A DNA stretch of 64,000 nt from the NCBI GenBank assembly GCA_000993405.1, contig LBWB01000005.1, positions 3,698-67,697 of the forward strand, in the 5' to 3' direction. The stretch's first letter is position 1. Each line of letters opens with the position of its first letter. The notes below the pieces were generated by a model. It saw only the letters and a program-made list of their open reading frames with translations. It made no database searches and was not told the DNA's origin. This DNA comes from Candidatus Woesebacteria bacterium GW2011_GWB1_39_12 (GTDB lineage: Bacteria > Patescibacteriota > Microgenomatia > UBA8517). The position numbers and the translations under genes are program-made. Positions 63,475 through 64,000 of the stretch are shown here, piece after piece.

Positions 63475-64000
63475 TAGAATTATTATCAGTAGGTGACGTT
63501 ACTTGGGACGTGTTTTTGTCTCCTACGGAGTCGGAAGCTTTGTGTACGCTCAAGGAAAGGGAGTGTTATATATGTTTTACATTTGGAGAAAAGATTCCCG
63601 TAAAATCCATAGATTATTCTTTGGGTGGTAATGCGGCCAATAACGTAGTTGGAGCAAGACGCTTGGGGGTAAGATCTGGTCTGGTTACAACTTTGGGAGG
63701 AGATAGTACGGGTAATCTAATTGTCGAAAGACTAGAAAAAGAAGGGGTGGATATGGATTATGTTATTCAACAACCCATGGCAGGATCAAATTTTTCGACA
63801 GTCATAAACTATGCTGGCGAACGAACGATATTTACTTATCACGCACCCCGTTCTTATGAATTTCCAGTCCATCTTCCGGTAACTCCTTGGGTTTATCTAA
63901 CTTCCATGGGGGAAGCATTCCAGCCTTTTTACAATCACTTTGTGGATTTTATACATAAAAATTCCACCATAAAACTTGCTTTCAACCCGGGAAGTAGACA
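63465..64000 (+). CDS. PfkB/ribokinase family carbohydrate kinase, runs off the window; not in ORF track
   Basis: Hand translation MQQLELLSVGDVTWDVF..LGGNAANNVVGARRLG..LGGDSTG..LEKEGVD. Confidence 0.88.
   Translation, partial: MQQLELLSVGDVTWDVFLSPTESEALCTLKERECYICFTFGEKIPVKSIDYSLGGNAANNVVGARRLGVRSGLVTTLGGDSTGNLIVERLEKEGVDMDYVIQQPMAGSNFSTVINYAGERTIFTYHAPRSYEFPVHLPVTPWVYLTSMGEAFQPFYNHFVDFIHKNSTIKLAFNPGSR

Noticed and set aside
1-64000. CRISPR array or cas genes
   Set aside because: No run of identical 25-45-bp repeats with unique spacers of regular length; the repeats seen are short-period or gene-separated
1-64000. Alternative genetic code (TGA recoding)
   Set aside because: Conserved genes are full length under code 11 and several ORFs end at TGA at the expected position

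Overview
A 64-kb stretch of a low-GC bacterial chromosome. The gene repertoire points to Patescibacteria/CPR, most likely Microgenomates (inference). It includes an array of VirB2/TrbC-like pilins, few Shine-Dalgarno sites, many apparently leaderless genes and a minimal glycolysis/pentose-phosphate cluster. Layout: (i) 1-10.8 kb, eight pilin-like genes plus secreted and envelope genes; (ii) 10.8-26.5 kb, tmRNA/smpB, comF, four tRNAs, NUDIX genes, a surface-modification cluster, dnaG, a broken rpoD and an LCP protein; (iii) about 26.5-47.7 kb, an accessory island ending in a large serine recombinase whose 3' end runs into tRNA-Asn(GTT); (iv) 48-64 kb, a cobalamin-riboswitch B12-uptake pair and a central-carbon cluster. 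Main candidate new system: most small island genes are separated by co-oriented, degenerate copies of a site resembling the recombinase/tRNA junction. In these copies the distal motif lies 5 bp further out, the attP-versus-attB signature of large serine recombinases. This suggests an integron-like gene-cassette array built by a serine recombinase at a tRNA. A second candidate is a family of 6/7/8-mer tandem-repeat hairpins at gene junctions, one of which encloses a four-helix-bundle (23S-IVP-like) gene. All alignments were done by eye; no database searches were run.
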